Shown one piece after another: positions 32,674-41,776 of a stretch of 41,776 nt of DNA. The position numbers and the translations under genes were made by a program. The number at the start of each line of letters is the position of its first letter. The first letter of the stretch is position 1. The notes beneath the pieces are model-generated. The model was given only the letters and a program-made list of their open reading frames with translations. It was not told the origin of the DNA and searched no databases. This stretch comes from Caulobacter vibrioides (GTDB lineage Bacteria > Pseudomonadota > Alphaproteobacteria > Caulobacterales > Caulobacteraceae), in assembly GCA_002280275.1 (NCBI GenBank), contig NCDQ01000006.1, positions 1-41,776 on the forward strand, in the 5' to 3' direction.

Positions 32674-33684
32674 TCAGGCTTCGGGTTTCAGGGGGCGCGA
32701 GAGCAGGCCGGCGATCGCGGCGTCGACCGCGACCTCGCCCGCCAGGATGGCCGCGACGGCCTCGCAGATCGGCGCCTCGACGCCGACCTTGCGCGCCAGG
32801 GCGCGCACGGCGGGGGCCGAGGCCACGCCTTCGGCCACCGAGACCTTGCCGGCCAGCGCCTGCTCCAGGCTCAGGCCCTGGCCCAGCGCCAGGCCCACGC
32901 TCATATTGCGCGACTGGGCGCTGGAGCAGGTCAGCACCAGATCGCCCAGGCCGCAGAGGCCGGCCACAGTCTCCGGACGCGCGCCCAGCGCTACGGCCAG
33001 GCGGGTCAGCTCGGCGAAGCCGCGGGTGATCACTGTGGCGTGGGCGTTGCGGCCCAGGCCCTTGCCCTCGACGATGCCGCAGGCGATGGCCAGCACATTC
33101 TTCACCGCCCCGCCGGCCTCAGCGCCGATCAGGTCATTGGCCGTATAGGGGCGGAAGGTCGGGATGGCGATGGCCTCGGCGATGGCGCGGCCCAGGGCCT
33201 CGTCTTCGCAGGCCAGGGTGACGGCGGCGGGCAGGTTGCGGGCGACCTCGCCGGCGAAGCTGGGCCCCGACAGCACGGCGATTGGCGCGCCCGGCAGGGC
33301 TTCGGCCGCCACCTCGGTCATCAGCTTCAACGAGCCCTGCTCGACGCCCTTGGAGCACAGCACGACGGGCGCGCCCGCCTTGCGATGCGGGGCGAAGGCG
33401 GTCAGGGCGGCGCGCAGGTGCTGAGCGGGGGCGACGGCCAGGATCAGGTCGCAGTCCGTCAGGTCCGCCAGGCCCGCGACGGCCTTGATCCCCGGCTCCA
33501 GCGCTATGCCGGGCAGGAACACGGCGTTCTCGTGCGCCGCATTGATCGAGGCCACGACCTCGGGCTCGCGCGCCTGCAGCGTCACCGCCAGACCCGCCCG
33601 CGCCGCCACCTGCGCCAGGGCCGTGCCCCAGGCGCCGGCGCCGATCACGCCAACCGTCTCAAAGGTCATGGGCTTGAACGTCAT
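32674..33684 (-). CDS. gpsA: NAD(P)H-dependent glycerol-3-phosphate dehydrogenase
   Basis: [48 protein letters not shown]; ATGA overlap with tsaD. Confidence 0.96.
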   Translation of the reverse strand: MTFKPMTFETVGVIGAGAWGTALAQVAARAGLAVTLQAREPEVVASINAAHENAVFLPGIALEPGIKAVAGLADLTDCDLILAVAPAQHLRAALTAFAPHRKAGAPVVLCSKGVEQGSLKLMTEVAAEALPGAPIAVLSGPSFAGEVARNLPAAVTLACEDEALGRAIAEAIAIPTFRPYTANDLIGAEAGGAVKNVLAIACGIVEGKGLGRNAHATVITRGFAELTRLAVALGARPETVAGLCGLGDLVLTCSSAQSRNMSVGLALGQGLSLEQALAGKVSVAEGVASAPAVRALARKVGVEAPICEAVAAILAGEVAVDAAIAGLLSRPLKPEA

Positions 33685-34784
33685 GCCTTGGCTCCCTTGC
33701 GTCCATAGGCGTTGGCGGGATTGGCCAGCGCCGCGGCCTCGTCCAGCGGCCAGCGCGGACGGGCGACGGCGTCGAGGTCATCGAAGATGCCCAGGGCCAG
33801 CCGCTCGGCGCCCGCCAGGGCGATCATCGCGGCGTTGTCGGTGCAGTAGGCCAGCGGCGGAGCGGCGAAGGAAAAGCCGTTCTTCTCGCAGTCGGCCAGC
33901 AGGGCCGCCCGCACCGCGCCATTGGCCGCCACGCCGCCGGCGACGACGAAGCGCAGGTCGTCCTGGCCGTGGTCTTCTTTGTAGAGCTTCATCGCCCGAT
34001 CCACCCGCTCCGACAGCTGGCGCGCGATGGCGGCCTGGACTCCGGCGGCCAGATCGCGGCGCTCGTCGTCCGTGGTCAGGGTCTCGGCGATCCGCGCCGC
34101 CGCCGTCTTCAGGCCCGAGAAGGAAAAGTCGCAGTCCTTGCGGCCCAGCAGGGCGCGGGGCAGGGGGTAACGGGTCGGATCGCCGCCCGCGGCCAGCTTC
34201 TCCAGCGCCGGGCCACCGGGATAGGGCAGGCCGAGACTCTTGGCGATCTTGTCAAAGGCCTCGCCGGCCGCGTCGTCGATCGTGGTGCCTAGGCGACGGC
34301 AGGCGCCGACGCCCGAGACCTCCAGCAGCTGGCAATGGCCGCCGGAGACCAGCAGCAGCAGGAACGGATAGGCGATGTCCGCGCCCAGACGCGCCGAGAC
34401 GGCGTGGCCTTCGAGGTGGTTCACCGCCACCAGCGGCACGCCGCGCGCCAGGGCCACGGCCTTGCCGAACGCCAACCCCACCATGACCCCGCCCACGAGG
34501 CCAGGCCCCGCCGTGGCGGCGACCCCGTCCAGTTCCCCGAACCCGACGCCGGCCACGCGAACAGCCTCGGCGGCGATGGCGTCGATCGACTCGACGTGGG
34601 CCCGGGCGGCGATCTCGGGCACGACGCCGCCGAACGGCGCATGCTTTTCGAACTGGGTGCCGATCACCGACGACAGCACCGTCACCGTCCCGTCCGCCGC
34701 GCGGCGCACGACCGAGGCCGCGGTTTCATCGCAGCTGGTCTCAAGGCCGAGGATAAGGAGGTCGGATTGCTTAGGGGATGTCAT
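33681..34784 (-). CDS. tsaD: tRNA N6-adenosine threonylcarbamoyltransferase TsaD
   Basis: [55 protein letters not shown]. True start is ATG 34784, not the 36080 ORF start. Confidence 0.97.
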   Translation of the reverse strand: MTSPKQSDLLILGLETSCDETAASVVRRAADGTVTVLSSVIGTQFEKHAPFGGVVPEIAARAHVESIDAIAAEAVRVAGVGFGELDGVAATAGPGLVGGVMVGLAFGKAVALARGVPLVAVNHLEGHAVSARLGADIAYPFLLLLVSGGHCQLLEVSGVGACRRLGTTIDDAAGEAFDKIAKSLGLPYPGGPALEKLAAGGDPTRYPLPRALLGRKDCDFSFSGLKTAAARIAETLTTDDERRDLAAGVQAAIARQLSERVDRAMKLYKEDHGQDDLRFVVAGGVAANGAVRAALLADCEKNGFSFAAPPLAYCTDNAAMIALAGAERLALGIFDDLDAVARPRWPLDEAAALANPANAYGRKGAKA

Positions 34785-34856
34785 CAGGTTGCGGGCTTTC
34801 CGCCGCTCCTGTAGCAGCGAAGAACAAAATTCGTCTCCGCAGGTAACGTTCAGACC

Positions 34857-35825
34857 GTGTCCCGGCAACCTCCCATCCGCATCGGCGCGCGCGGCTCCAA
34901 GCTGTCCCTGGCGCAATCGGGCCTCATGCAGGCGCGGATCGCCCGTGCGCTCGGCGTTCCCGCCGGGGCCAGCCGGGAAGAGATCGAGGCGGCCGCGCCG
35001 TTGATCCCGATCGTCACCAGCGGCGATCGCATCCAGGATCGCCGCCTGATGGAGATCGGCGGCAAGGGCCTCTTCACCAAGGAGATCGAAGAGGCTTTGC
35101 TGGACGGCCGCATCGACTGCGCCGTCCATTCGCTGAAGGACATGCCGGCCGACCTGCCGCCGGGCCTCGTCCTGGCCGCCACGCCCGAGCGGGAGGACGC
35201 GCGCGACGCCTTCATCAGCCACATCTGCCAGCGCCTCGAAGACCTGCCCAAGGGGGCGCGCCTGGGCACCGCGTCCTTGCGCCGCCAGGCCCAGGCTCTG
35301 CATGTGCGCCCCGACCTTGAGATCGTCATGCTGCGCGGCAATGTCGATACGCGCCTGGCCAAGCTGGAGCGTGGCGAGGCCGACGCCATCCTGCTGGCCC
35401 AGTCGGGCCTGAACCGCCTGGGCCTTGGCCACCTGACCAAGAGCTGGCTCGATCCCGACGCCTGTCCGCCGGCGCCGGGCCAGGGCGCCCTCGTCATCGA
35501 GACCCGCGCCGAGGATGTCGGCGCGCCGTGGCTGGACGCGGTCCGCTGCCGGGAGACGACGATCGCCGTGGCCGCCGAGCGCGGCGCTCTGCTGGCCTTG
35601 GAGGGTTCGTGCCGCACCGCCATCGGCGCGCGCGCGATCCTGGACGGGGCGCGACTTTCGATGATCGTCGAGGCCTTGACCCCCGACGGCGCCCAACGGT
35701 TCCGGCGCGAAGGCGAAATCGTCCTGACCGGCGCTGACGATGCCGGCGAAGCCCGCGCGTTTGGCTTGACGCTGGGAGCCGAGGTTCGCGCGGCCGGCGG
35801 CGACGCCATCGTCCTGCCGGAATAG
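34857..35825 (+). CDS. hemC: Hydroxymethylbilane synthase (porphobilinogen deaminase)
   Basis: [44 protein letters not shown]. Confidence 0.97.
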   Translation: MSRQPPIRIGARGSKLSLAQSGLMQARIARALGVPAGASREEIEAAAPLIPIVTSGDRIQDRRLMEIGGKGLFTKEIEEALLDGRIDCAVHSLKDMPADLPPGLVLAATPEREDARDAFISHICQRLEDLPKGARLGTASLRRQAQALHVRPDLEIVMLRGNVDTRLAKLERGEADAILLAQSGLNRLGLGHLTKSWLDPDACPPAPGQGALVIETRAEDVGAPWLDAVRCRETTIAVAAERGALLALEGSCRTAIGARAILDGARLSMIVEALTPDGAQRFRREGEIVLTGADDAGEARAFGLTLGAEVRAAGGDAIVLPE

Positions 35826-35829
35826 AGCC

Positions 35830-36516
35830 TTGGAACAGGGCGCGCCGGTCTGGATCACCCGCGCCCAGCCTGGCGCTGCGGCGACGGCGCAAAGGGTGGC
35901 TGCGCTGGGCTTCTCGCCGATCGTCGACCCGCTCCTCTCCGTTGAGCCGATCGCTGCGACGATCGATCTGTCAGGCGTCGCGGCCCTGGCCTTCACCAGC
36001 GTCAACGGCGTCGAGGGCTTCGCCCGCTGCTGCGCCCGGCGCGACCTGCCGGTCTTCACGGTGGGCGCCGCCACGGCCAAGGCTGCGCAAGACGCGGGAT
36101 TTCTCCTGACCCGCAGCGCTGACGGCGATGTCGAGGCGCTGGAGCAGTTGATCGCCGACGCCCGTCCAGGGGTGGTGCTGTGGGCGGGCGCCCAGGCGCC
36201 GGCCGGCGACCTTGTCTCCGGCCTGCGTGCGCGCGGCCTGGAGGCGCGCGGCGAGGCGGTTTACGCCACCGTCGAGCGCGCACCGTCAGCCGCCACCTTG
36301 TCGCTGTTCGATGCGCCGCTCACCGTGCTGGTCCATTCCCCCCGCGCGGCGCGCGCCCTGGCGGGCGTCATGACAGGCCGCGCCCACGCCCACCTGCGCC
36401 TCCTGTGTCTGTCCGCCGCCGTCGCCGCGCCGCTCGCTGAGGTGAACGAACCGCGTTCTGTGGCGTTCGCGCCGCGCCCGGAAGAATCCGCGCTGCTCCA
36501 ACTGCTCGACGGTTGA
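35830..36516 (+). CDS. hemD: Uroporphyrinogen-III synthase
   Basis: WITRAQP, FTSVNGV, VGAATA, VHSPRAA; follows hemC. Confidence 0.92.
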   Translation: MEQGAPVWITRAQPGAAATAQRVAALGFSPIVDPLLSVEPIAATIDLSGVAALAFTSVNGVEGFARCCARRDLPVFTVGAATAKAAQDAGFLLTRSADGDVEALEQLIADARPGVVLWAGAQAPAGDLVSGLRARGLEARGEAVYATVERAPSAATLSLFDAPLTVLVHSPRAARALAGVMTGRAHAHLRLLCLSAAVAAPLAEVNEPRSVAFAPRPEESALLQLLDG

Positions 36517-36559
36517 GCGCGGCGTTGCGCGACGCGGCGGGGTGGGGCACGAATGGGCC

Positions 36560-37456
36560 ATGAACGCCGATGCCGATCCCGTTGAAATCGCCGCGCCCAG
36601 CGATCCGGCGCTCTATGCCCGTCGTCGGGTGATGGGGCCGGGGGTGTGGGCCTGGCTTCTGCTCTGCCTCGTCTGCGTTGGCTTGGGGGCCGGCGTCGCC
36701 CGCTTCGGGCCATCCTGGTTCGCCGCCAAGCCGGCCCCGCCCGAGGGGGCCGTGTCGGCCACGCCCAGCCCAAGCCCGATCGCCGAGCGGGTGGCGGCGG
36801 GCGCGGCCCTCCCACTGGAGAGCCGTGAGCCGGTGGCCGCAGCGCCCGCGCTGGCCGATGTCGAGCGGCTCAATGGCCGAATCACCGCTTTGGAAGCCAG
36901 CCAGAAGACCGTGGCCGACGCCGCCGTCGCCGCGCTCGCGGTCGCGACCCTCGCCGATGCGGCGGGAACCTCACGTCCGTTCGGTCCGGAGCTGCTGGGC
37001 CTGGAGCGGGTCTTGCCGGGCTCGCCCGACCTGCGCGCCCTTGAGCCGCTGTCGCGCACGGGCGCGCCGACCCGCGCGGGTCTCGCCACCCAGTTCGGCA
37101 ATCTGGCCGGCCGCGCCGCCAGCGCCGCGCGCAATCCCGGCTTGGACGCCGACCTCTTCTCGCGACTCCGCTACGCCCTCTCCAGCATCGTCTCGATCCG
37201 CTATGTGGGCTCGACCAAGGGCTCGACGCCTGACGCCATGCTCGCCCGCGCCCAAGCCCTTCTGGACGAAGGCGACGTCGAGGGCGCGGTCGCCGCGCTC
37301 GATCCGCTGAACGACTCCTCGCGTGAGGTGCTCGCGCCGTGGTTCGTCGCCGCCAATCGACGGATCGAGATCGACCGCCACGTGTCGGCCGTCCGCGCCG
37401 ACGCCCTGGCCGAACTGGCGCGGGTCTCGCGCGCCTCCGCGCCGGTCGCGCCATGA
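36560..37456 (+). CDS. COG4223 / mitofilin-domain inner membrane protein (alphaproteobacterial Mic60)
   Basis: Single N-terminal TM, coiled region, C-terminal LARAQALLDEGDVEGAVAAL..LAPWFVAANRR; position between hemD and hemY. Confidence 0.82.
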   Translation: MNADADPVEIAAPSDPALYARRRVMGPGVWAWLLLCLVCVGLGAGVARFGPSWFAAKPAPPEGAVSATPSPSPIAERVAAGAALPLESREPVAAAPALADVERLNGRITALEASQKTVADAAVAALAVATLADAAGTSRPFGPELLGLERVLPGSPDLRALEPLSRTGAPTRAGLATQFGNLAGRAASAARNPGLDADLFSRLRYALSSIVSIRYVGSTKGSTPDAMLARAQALLDEGDVEGAVAALDPLNDSSREVLAPWFVAANRRIEIDRHVSAVRADALAELARVSRASAPVAP

Positions 37457-38988
37457 CCCGGGTCGCCTTCTCTCTCTTCCTGGTCGCCGTCGTCGCTGTC
37501 AGCGTTCTGGCCCTGACCGGCGAGCCGGGCCGCGCCTCGATGGAGTGGATGGGCTGGCGGGTCGAGATGACCGCCGCCGCCGCCGCGCTTCTGACCCTGT
37601 TCTCGGCGCTGATGTTCACCTTGCTGTGGCGCGGCGTCATCTGGATCGTCGAGGCGCCCCGCCGCGCGGCGCGGGCCCGGGCCGAGGCCAAGCGCAAGCA
37701 GGCCATCGAAGCCCTCTCACGGGGCTTTCTGGCCGTGGCGGCCGGCGACGGCTCCGAGGCCCGCCGTCTGGCGCAGAAGTCGTCGGAGCTGGCCGAGGAC
37801 GCGCCGGCCCTGGTCCGCGTGCTGGCCGCCCAGGCGGCCGAGGCCGCCGGCGATCGCGGCGCGGCCAAGAGCGCTTACAACGCCATGCTCGGCTTTCCCG
37901 AGATGCGCCTCGCCGGTCTGCGCGGGTTGATGCTCGCCGCCCAGGCCGAGGGCGACCGGCAGGCGGCGATCCGCCACGCCGAAACGGCCTATGGCCTGGC
38001 GCGGACCGCGCGCTGGGCTTGGCGCGCCCTTCTGGAGGCCCGCCTCGAAGCGGGCGACTGGGCCGCCGCCCTGGAGCTTGTCCGAGGCGCGCTTGAGCGC
38101 AAGATCGTCTCGCCGGTCGTCGCCGAGCGCAGCCGCGCGGCCCTTCTGGCCGCCTCGGCCGCCAGCCTCGTCAATGCGCATGACCCCAAGACCCGCGCCC
38201 AGGCGCTGGATTTCGCCACCCAATCGGTGAAGCTCAAGCCCGACTTCGCGCCGGGCGTCGTCATGGCCGCGCGCCTGCTGGCCGAAGATGGCAAGACCTC
38301 CAAGGCCAGCGGCCTGATCGAGACCGCCTGGAAGGCCGAGCCTCATCCGGCGCTGTGGCTGGCCTATCGCGACTTGAAGACCAACGAGACGCCCAAGGCC
38401 CGCGCCCAGCGCCTGGCCGCGCTAGCCGCCCTGAAGCCCGAGGCGCGGGAAAGCCGGCTGCTGCGCGTGGAAAGCGCGCTGATCGGCGGCGATCCGGTCG
38501 CCGCCCGCGCCGCCGCCCGCCTTCTGGACCAGGAGGCTCCGACGGCGCGCTTCGCCGGCCTCATGGCGCGGGTGGCCGCCGCCAATGGCGATGCGGACGA
38601 GGCCCGCGCCTGGATCGCGCGCGGCGTGGCCGCGCCCCAGGAGCCGGACTGGTCGGATCTGGATCCCGAAGGCCTGGCCTTCGCCTACCAGCGCGACGAC
38701 TGGGCCCGGCTGGCGGTCAGCTACGCCGAGACGGGTCAGCTGATCCACCCCCGCCACGAGCGGCGCGAGCGGACCATGAACGATCTGCCGGAACTGCCTT
38801 CGGCCTACGCGGAGTCGACGCCGTTCATCCGCGCGGCCGAGACCGGCGGCGCCCTGCTGCCCATTCCCGACGACCCCGGCGTGTTCGACGCGCCACCCGT
38901 TCCGGAGCCTCCGGAAGCCGGTCCGGCGCCCCGTCGCAATTCTGGTGCAAGACGGCGCTTGGCAAGTGGCTCGCGCGCCGCTAAATAG
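37453..38988 (+). CDS. hemY: HemY_N / TPR membrane protein (Orf52-like; not the protoporphyrinogen oxidase)
   Basis: Two N-terminal TMs, ALSRGFLAVAAGDG, LLAAQAAE-type TPR repeats, AWKAEPHPAL; ATGA overlap with the upstream gene. Confidence 0.88.
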   Translation: MTRVAFSLFLVAVVAVSVLALTGEPGRASMEWMGWRVEMTAAAAALLTLFSALMFTLLWRGVIWIVEAPRRAARARAEAKRKQAIEALSRGFLAVAAGDGSEARRLAQKSSELAEDAPALVRVLAAQAAEAAGDRGAAKSAYNAMLGFPEMRLAGLRGLMLAAQAEGDRQAAIRHAETAYGLARTARWAWRALLEARLEAGDWAAALELVRGALERKIVSPVVAERSRAALLAASAASLVNAHDPKTRAQALDFATQSVKLKPDFAPGVVMAARLLAEDGKTSKASGLIETAWKAEPHPALWLAYRDLKTNETPKARAQRLAALAALKPEARESRLLRVESALIGGDPVAARAAARLLDQEAPTARFAGLMARVAAANGDADEARAWIARGVAAPQEPDWSDLDPEGLAFAYQRDDWARLAVSYAETGQLIHPRHERRERTMNDLPELPSAYAESTPFIRAAETGGALLPIPDDPGVFDAPPVPEPPEAGPAPRRNSGARRRLASGSRAAK

Positions 38989-39029
38989 GCGCTCCCTTCG
39001 CTTTGAAGCGCCCGCTTCGGAGCCCGTGG

Positions 39030-39105
39030 GCCGCCTTAGCTCAGCCGGTAGAGCGGCGCATTCGTAATGCGTAGGTCAGGTGTTCGAGTCACCTAGGCGG
39101 CACCA
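39030..39105 (+). tRNA. tRNA-Thr (anticodon CGT)
   Basis: 76 nt: GCCGCCT acceptor stem, D arm GCTC..GAGC, anticodon loop TT-CGT-AA, T loop GTTCGAG, encoded CCA end. Confidence 0.97.
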
Positions 39106-39201
39106 CTTCTTTTATCTGACATCATTAGTTGATCAGGCCTCCGGGTCTCTGATCGCGTTTGGGCGGCCTTACCCCGCCTTAGCCCCGCTTGAGCGCGCAA
39201 C

Positions 39202-39231
39202 GAAAAGGCCCGGTGTTTCCACCGGGCCTTC
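39202..39231. terminator. Intrinsic terminator after fadJ (may be bidirectional with the tRNA)
   Basis: AAAAGGCCCGGTG-TTTC-CACCGGGCCTT hairpin. Confidence 0.85.
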
Positions 39232-39255
39232 CGTCGTTCAGGGCTGAGGCTGGGC

Positions 39256-41457
39256 TTACGCCGCCGCCTTGGCCTTGGCGCCGAAGCGGCCGTAGAAGGT
39301 CTCGCCCTTCTCGGCCATCTCGCGCAGCAGCGCGGGCGGCGTGAAGCGCTTGCCGTACTTCTGGGCCAGGGCGTCGCAGGCCTCGACGAAGGCCTTGGCG
39401 CCGACGCTGTCGATCAGGCTGATCGGACCGCCGGTCCAGGGCGCGAAGCCCCAGCCCAGGATCGCGCCGACATCGGCTTCGCGCGGATCGGTGATCACGC
39501 CTTCCTCGAAGCAGCGGGCGGCTTCGACGGCCTGACGGTAAAGCAGGCGGGTGCGGATCTCCTGGATCAGCGCCTGGTCGGCTTCGGCGATCGTCACCGG
39601 CGCCAGCTCCGACAGGCCCTTCCACAGGGTCTTGGGGCCGTTCTCCGGATAGTCGTAGAAGCCCTTGCCGTTCTTGCGGCCAAAGCGCTGCAGCTCGACG
39701 ACCATCTTTTCGATGACCGGGGCGAACGGACGGTCCTCGAACTTGTCGCCGAGGTCCTTCTTGGTCTGCTGGGTGACCTTGTAGCCAAGGTCCAGAGCCA
39801 CATCGTCGTTCATTTCCAGCGGACCGCGCGGCATGCCCGTGGCGCGGCCGACATTGTCGATGATGGCCGGGGCGATGCCGTCGGCCAGCATCTCGAGGCC
39901 TTCCTGCACGAAGGTGCCGAAGCAGCGCGAGGTGTAGAACCCACGGCTGTCGTTGACGACGATCGGCGTCTTCTTGATCTTCAGGACGTAATCGATCGAC
40001 TTGGCCAGGGCCTCGTCGGACGTTTCCTCGCCCATGATGATCTCGACCAGGCCCATCTTGTCGACCGGCGAGAAGAAGTGGATGCCGATGAAGTTCTTCG
40101 GACGCACGCTGGCCTTGGCCAGGCCCGTGATCGGCAGGGTCGAGGTGTTGGAGCCGAAGATGGCGTCGTCGGCCAGCTGCGCCTCGGCCTTCTGGGTGAC
40201 GTCGGCCTTGATCTCGCGGCTCTCGAACACGGCCTCGATGACGAGGTCGCTGCCCTTGACGTGGGCGTAGTCGGTGGTCGGGGTGATCAGGGCCAGGACC
40301 GCGTCGGCTTTGTCCTGGGTCATCTTGCCGCGCGAGACCGCCTTCTTCAGCAGGTTCTCGGCATAGCCCTTGCCCTTCTCAGCGGCTTCTTGGCTCTGGT
40401 CGATCAGCACGGTCTCGATGCCGGCCATGGCTTGGACATAGGCGATGCCCGCGCCCATCATGCCCGCGCCCAGAACGGCGACCTTCTTGGCTTCCGACGG
40501 TGGCACGTTGGCCGGACGGCCCGAACCCTTGCCCAGTTCCTGCAAGGACAGGAACAGGGTGCGGATCATGCCCTTGGCCTGCGGCGACATCATCGTCTTG
40601 AGGAAGTAGCGGGTCTCGATGCGGATGGCCGCGTCGAACGGCACCTGCGTGCCTTCATAGACCGCCTTCAGGATATTCAGCTGGGCGGGATAGTTGCCAT
40701 AGGTCTGCTTACGCAGCATGGCGTTGCCCATGATAAACACCTGACCGCCGGTCGGGGTGTAGGGACCGCCGCCGGGCAGCTTGAAGTCCTTCTTGTCCCA
40801 CGGCGCGACGGGGTCGCCCTTGGTCTTGACCCAGGTCTTGGCGGCTTCGACGACCTGGTCGGCCGGCACGACTTCATGCACGACCTTGTTGGCCAGGGCC
40901 TCGGCCGGCTTCATCGACTTGCCTTCCAGCAGGTACGGCGCAGCGGCCATCACGCCCATCAGGCGCGGCAGACGCTGGGTGCCGCCGGCGCCCGGCAGCA
41001 GGCCAACCTTGGCTTCCGGCAGGGCCAGCTGGATCTTCGGATGGTCGGCGACCACGCGATAGTGGCAGGCGAGCGCGATCTCGAGACCGCCGCCCATGGC
41101 TAGGCCGTTGATCGCGGCGGCCACCGGCTTGCCGCAGGTTTCCAGGGCGCGGAAGGCCTTGTTCAGCGCAAAGCCGGCGTCGAAGGCCGCCTTCAGCGCC
41201 GCTTCACCGCCCGCCGCGCCGCCGCCCAGACCGCCGTTGCCGCCCAGTTCGCCCAGGTCGGCGCCGGCGCAGAAGCCCGTCGTCTTGCCCGAGGTGATGA
41301 CGACGCCCTTGATCTCGGCGTCGGCCTTGATGCGCTCGACGATCTCGCCGATTTCCTTGATGACCGACGCGGTCAGGGTGTTCATCGAACGGCCGGGCAC
41401 GTCGAAGGTGACGAGGGCCACGCCGTCGGAGTCGACCTCGATCTTGAAGTTTTCCAT
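39256..41457 (-). CDS. fadJ: Fatty acid oxidation multifunctional enzyme (enoyl-CoA hydratase / 3-hydroxyacyl-CoA dehydrogenase), FadJ/FadB family
   Basis: [40 protein letters not shown]; [24 protein letters not shown]. Confidence 0.93.
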   Translation of the reverse strand: MENFKIEVDSDGVALVTFDVPGRSMNTLTASVIKEIGEIVERIKADAEIKGVVITSGKTTGFCAGADLGELGGNGGLGGGAAGGEAALKAAFDAGFALNKAFRALETCGKPVAAAINGLAMGGGLEIALACHYRVVADHPKIQLALPEAKVGLLPGAGGTQRLPRLMGVMAAAPYLLEGKSMKPAEALANKVVHEVVPADQVVEAAKTWVKTKGDPVAPWDKKDFKLPGGGPYTPTGGQVFIMGNAMLRKQTYGNYPAQLNILKAVYEGTQVPFDAAIRIETRYFLKTMMSPQAKGMIRTLFLSLQELGKGSGRPANVPPSEAKKVAVLGAGMMGAGIAYVQAMAGIETVLIDQSQEAAEKGKGYAENLLKKAVSRGKMTQDKADAVLALITPTTDYAHVKGSDLVIEAVFESREIKADVTQKAEAQLADDAIFGSNTSTLPITGLAKASVRPKNFIGIHFFSPVDKMGLVEIIMGEETSDEALAKSIDYVLKIKKTPIVVNDSRGFYTSRCFGTFVQEGLEMLADGIAPAIIDNVGRATGMPRGPLEMNDDVALDLGYKVTQQTKKDLGDKFEDRPFAPVIEKMVVELQRFGRKNGKGFYDYPENGPKTLWKGLSELAPVTIAEADQALIQEIRTRLLYRQAVEAARCFEEGVITDPREADVGAILGWGFAPWTGGPISLIDSVGAKAFVEACDALAQKYGKRFTPPALLREMAEKGETFYGRFGAKAKAAA

Positions 41458-41480
41458 GGGGATTCTTCCTCAGAATTCGA

Positions 41481-41576
41481 TGTCATCCCGGCCGTAGCGC
41501 AGCGTAGAGCCGGGACCGCCGGAAGCCTGAGCTTTCCGAGGTCCCGGATCGGCCCTTCGGGCCGTCCGGGATGACA
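41481..41576. repeat. REP/MITE-like element with terminal TGTCATCCCGG inverted repeats, copy 2
   Basis: TGTCATCCCGGCC..GAGCCGGGACC..GGTCCCGGA..TCCGGGATGACA; same scaffold as 26177-26282. Confidence 0.85.
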
Positions 41577-41583
41577 GGTTAAA

Positions 41584-41776
<193 letters not shown>

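Noticed and set aside
34785-36080. Apparent 430-aa N-terminal extension of TsaD (799-aa ORF)
   Set aside because: It is the antisense of hemC/hemD; TsaD homology starts at ATG 34784.

Overview
High-GC alphaproteobacterial chromosomal backbone. Gene content, gene order, a CIR-type repeat and GANTC usage all point to Caulobacter. The window holds about 38 protein genes and tRNA-Thr(CGT): the rimP-nusA-ylxR-infB...rbfA-truB-rpsO-pnp translation cluster, ppa, trmB, metK, a PhrR/PraR-like XRE regulator, lnt-corC-ybeY-phoH-miaB, fur, rimI, tsaB, a nitroreductase, nfuA, a CYP153 P450, trpS, murJ, a chemoreceptor, a methyltransferase, Rieske-yciI-gpsA-tsaD, hemC-hemD-alphaMic60-hemY/Orf52, and fadJ plus a partial thiolase. 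I see no prophage, IS transposase, CRISPR array or defence island. The most striking signal is four clean deletions in otherwise pristine conserved genes: pnp (in frame), the 3' end of rpsO, trmB and miaB. Each junction lies within about 0-7 nt of a GATC. An assembly or library artefact is the most likely cause, but raw reads are needed to decide. Other notable items are a CIR element that supplies a stop codon and has lost its central GANTC, two TGTCATCCCGG...CCGGGATGACA mini-elements, a rimP-leader attenuator, a SahR-like box at metK, a palindromic operator before the P450, GANTC clusters at promoters, and a His/Met-rich motif in the chemoreceptor sensor domain. I cannot support a wholly new biological system from this sequence alone.
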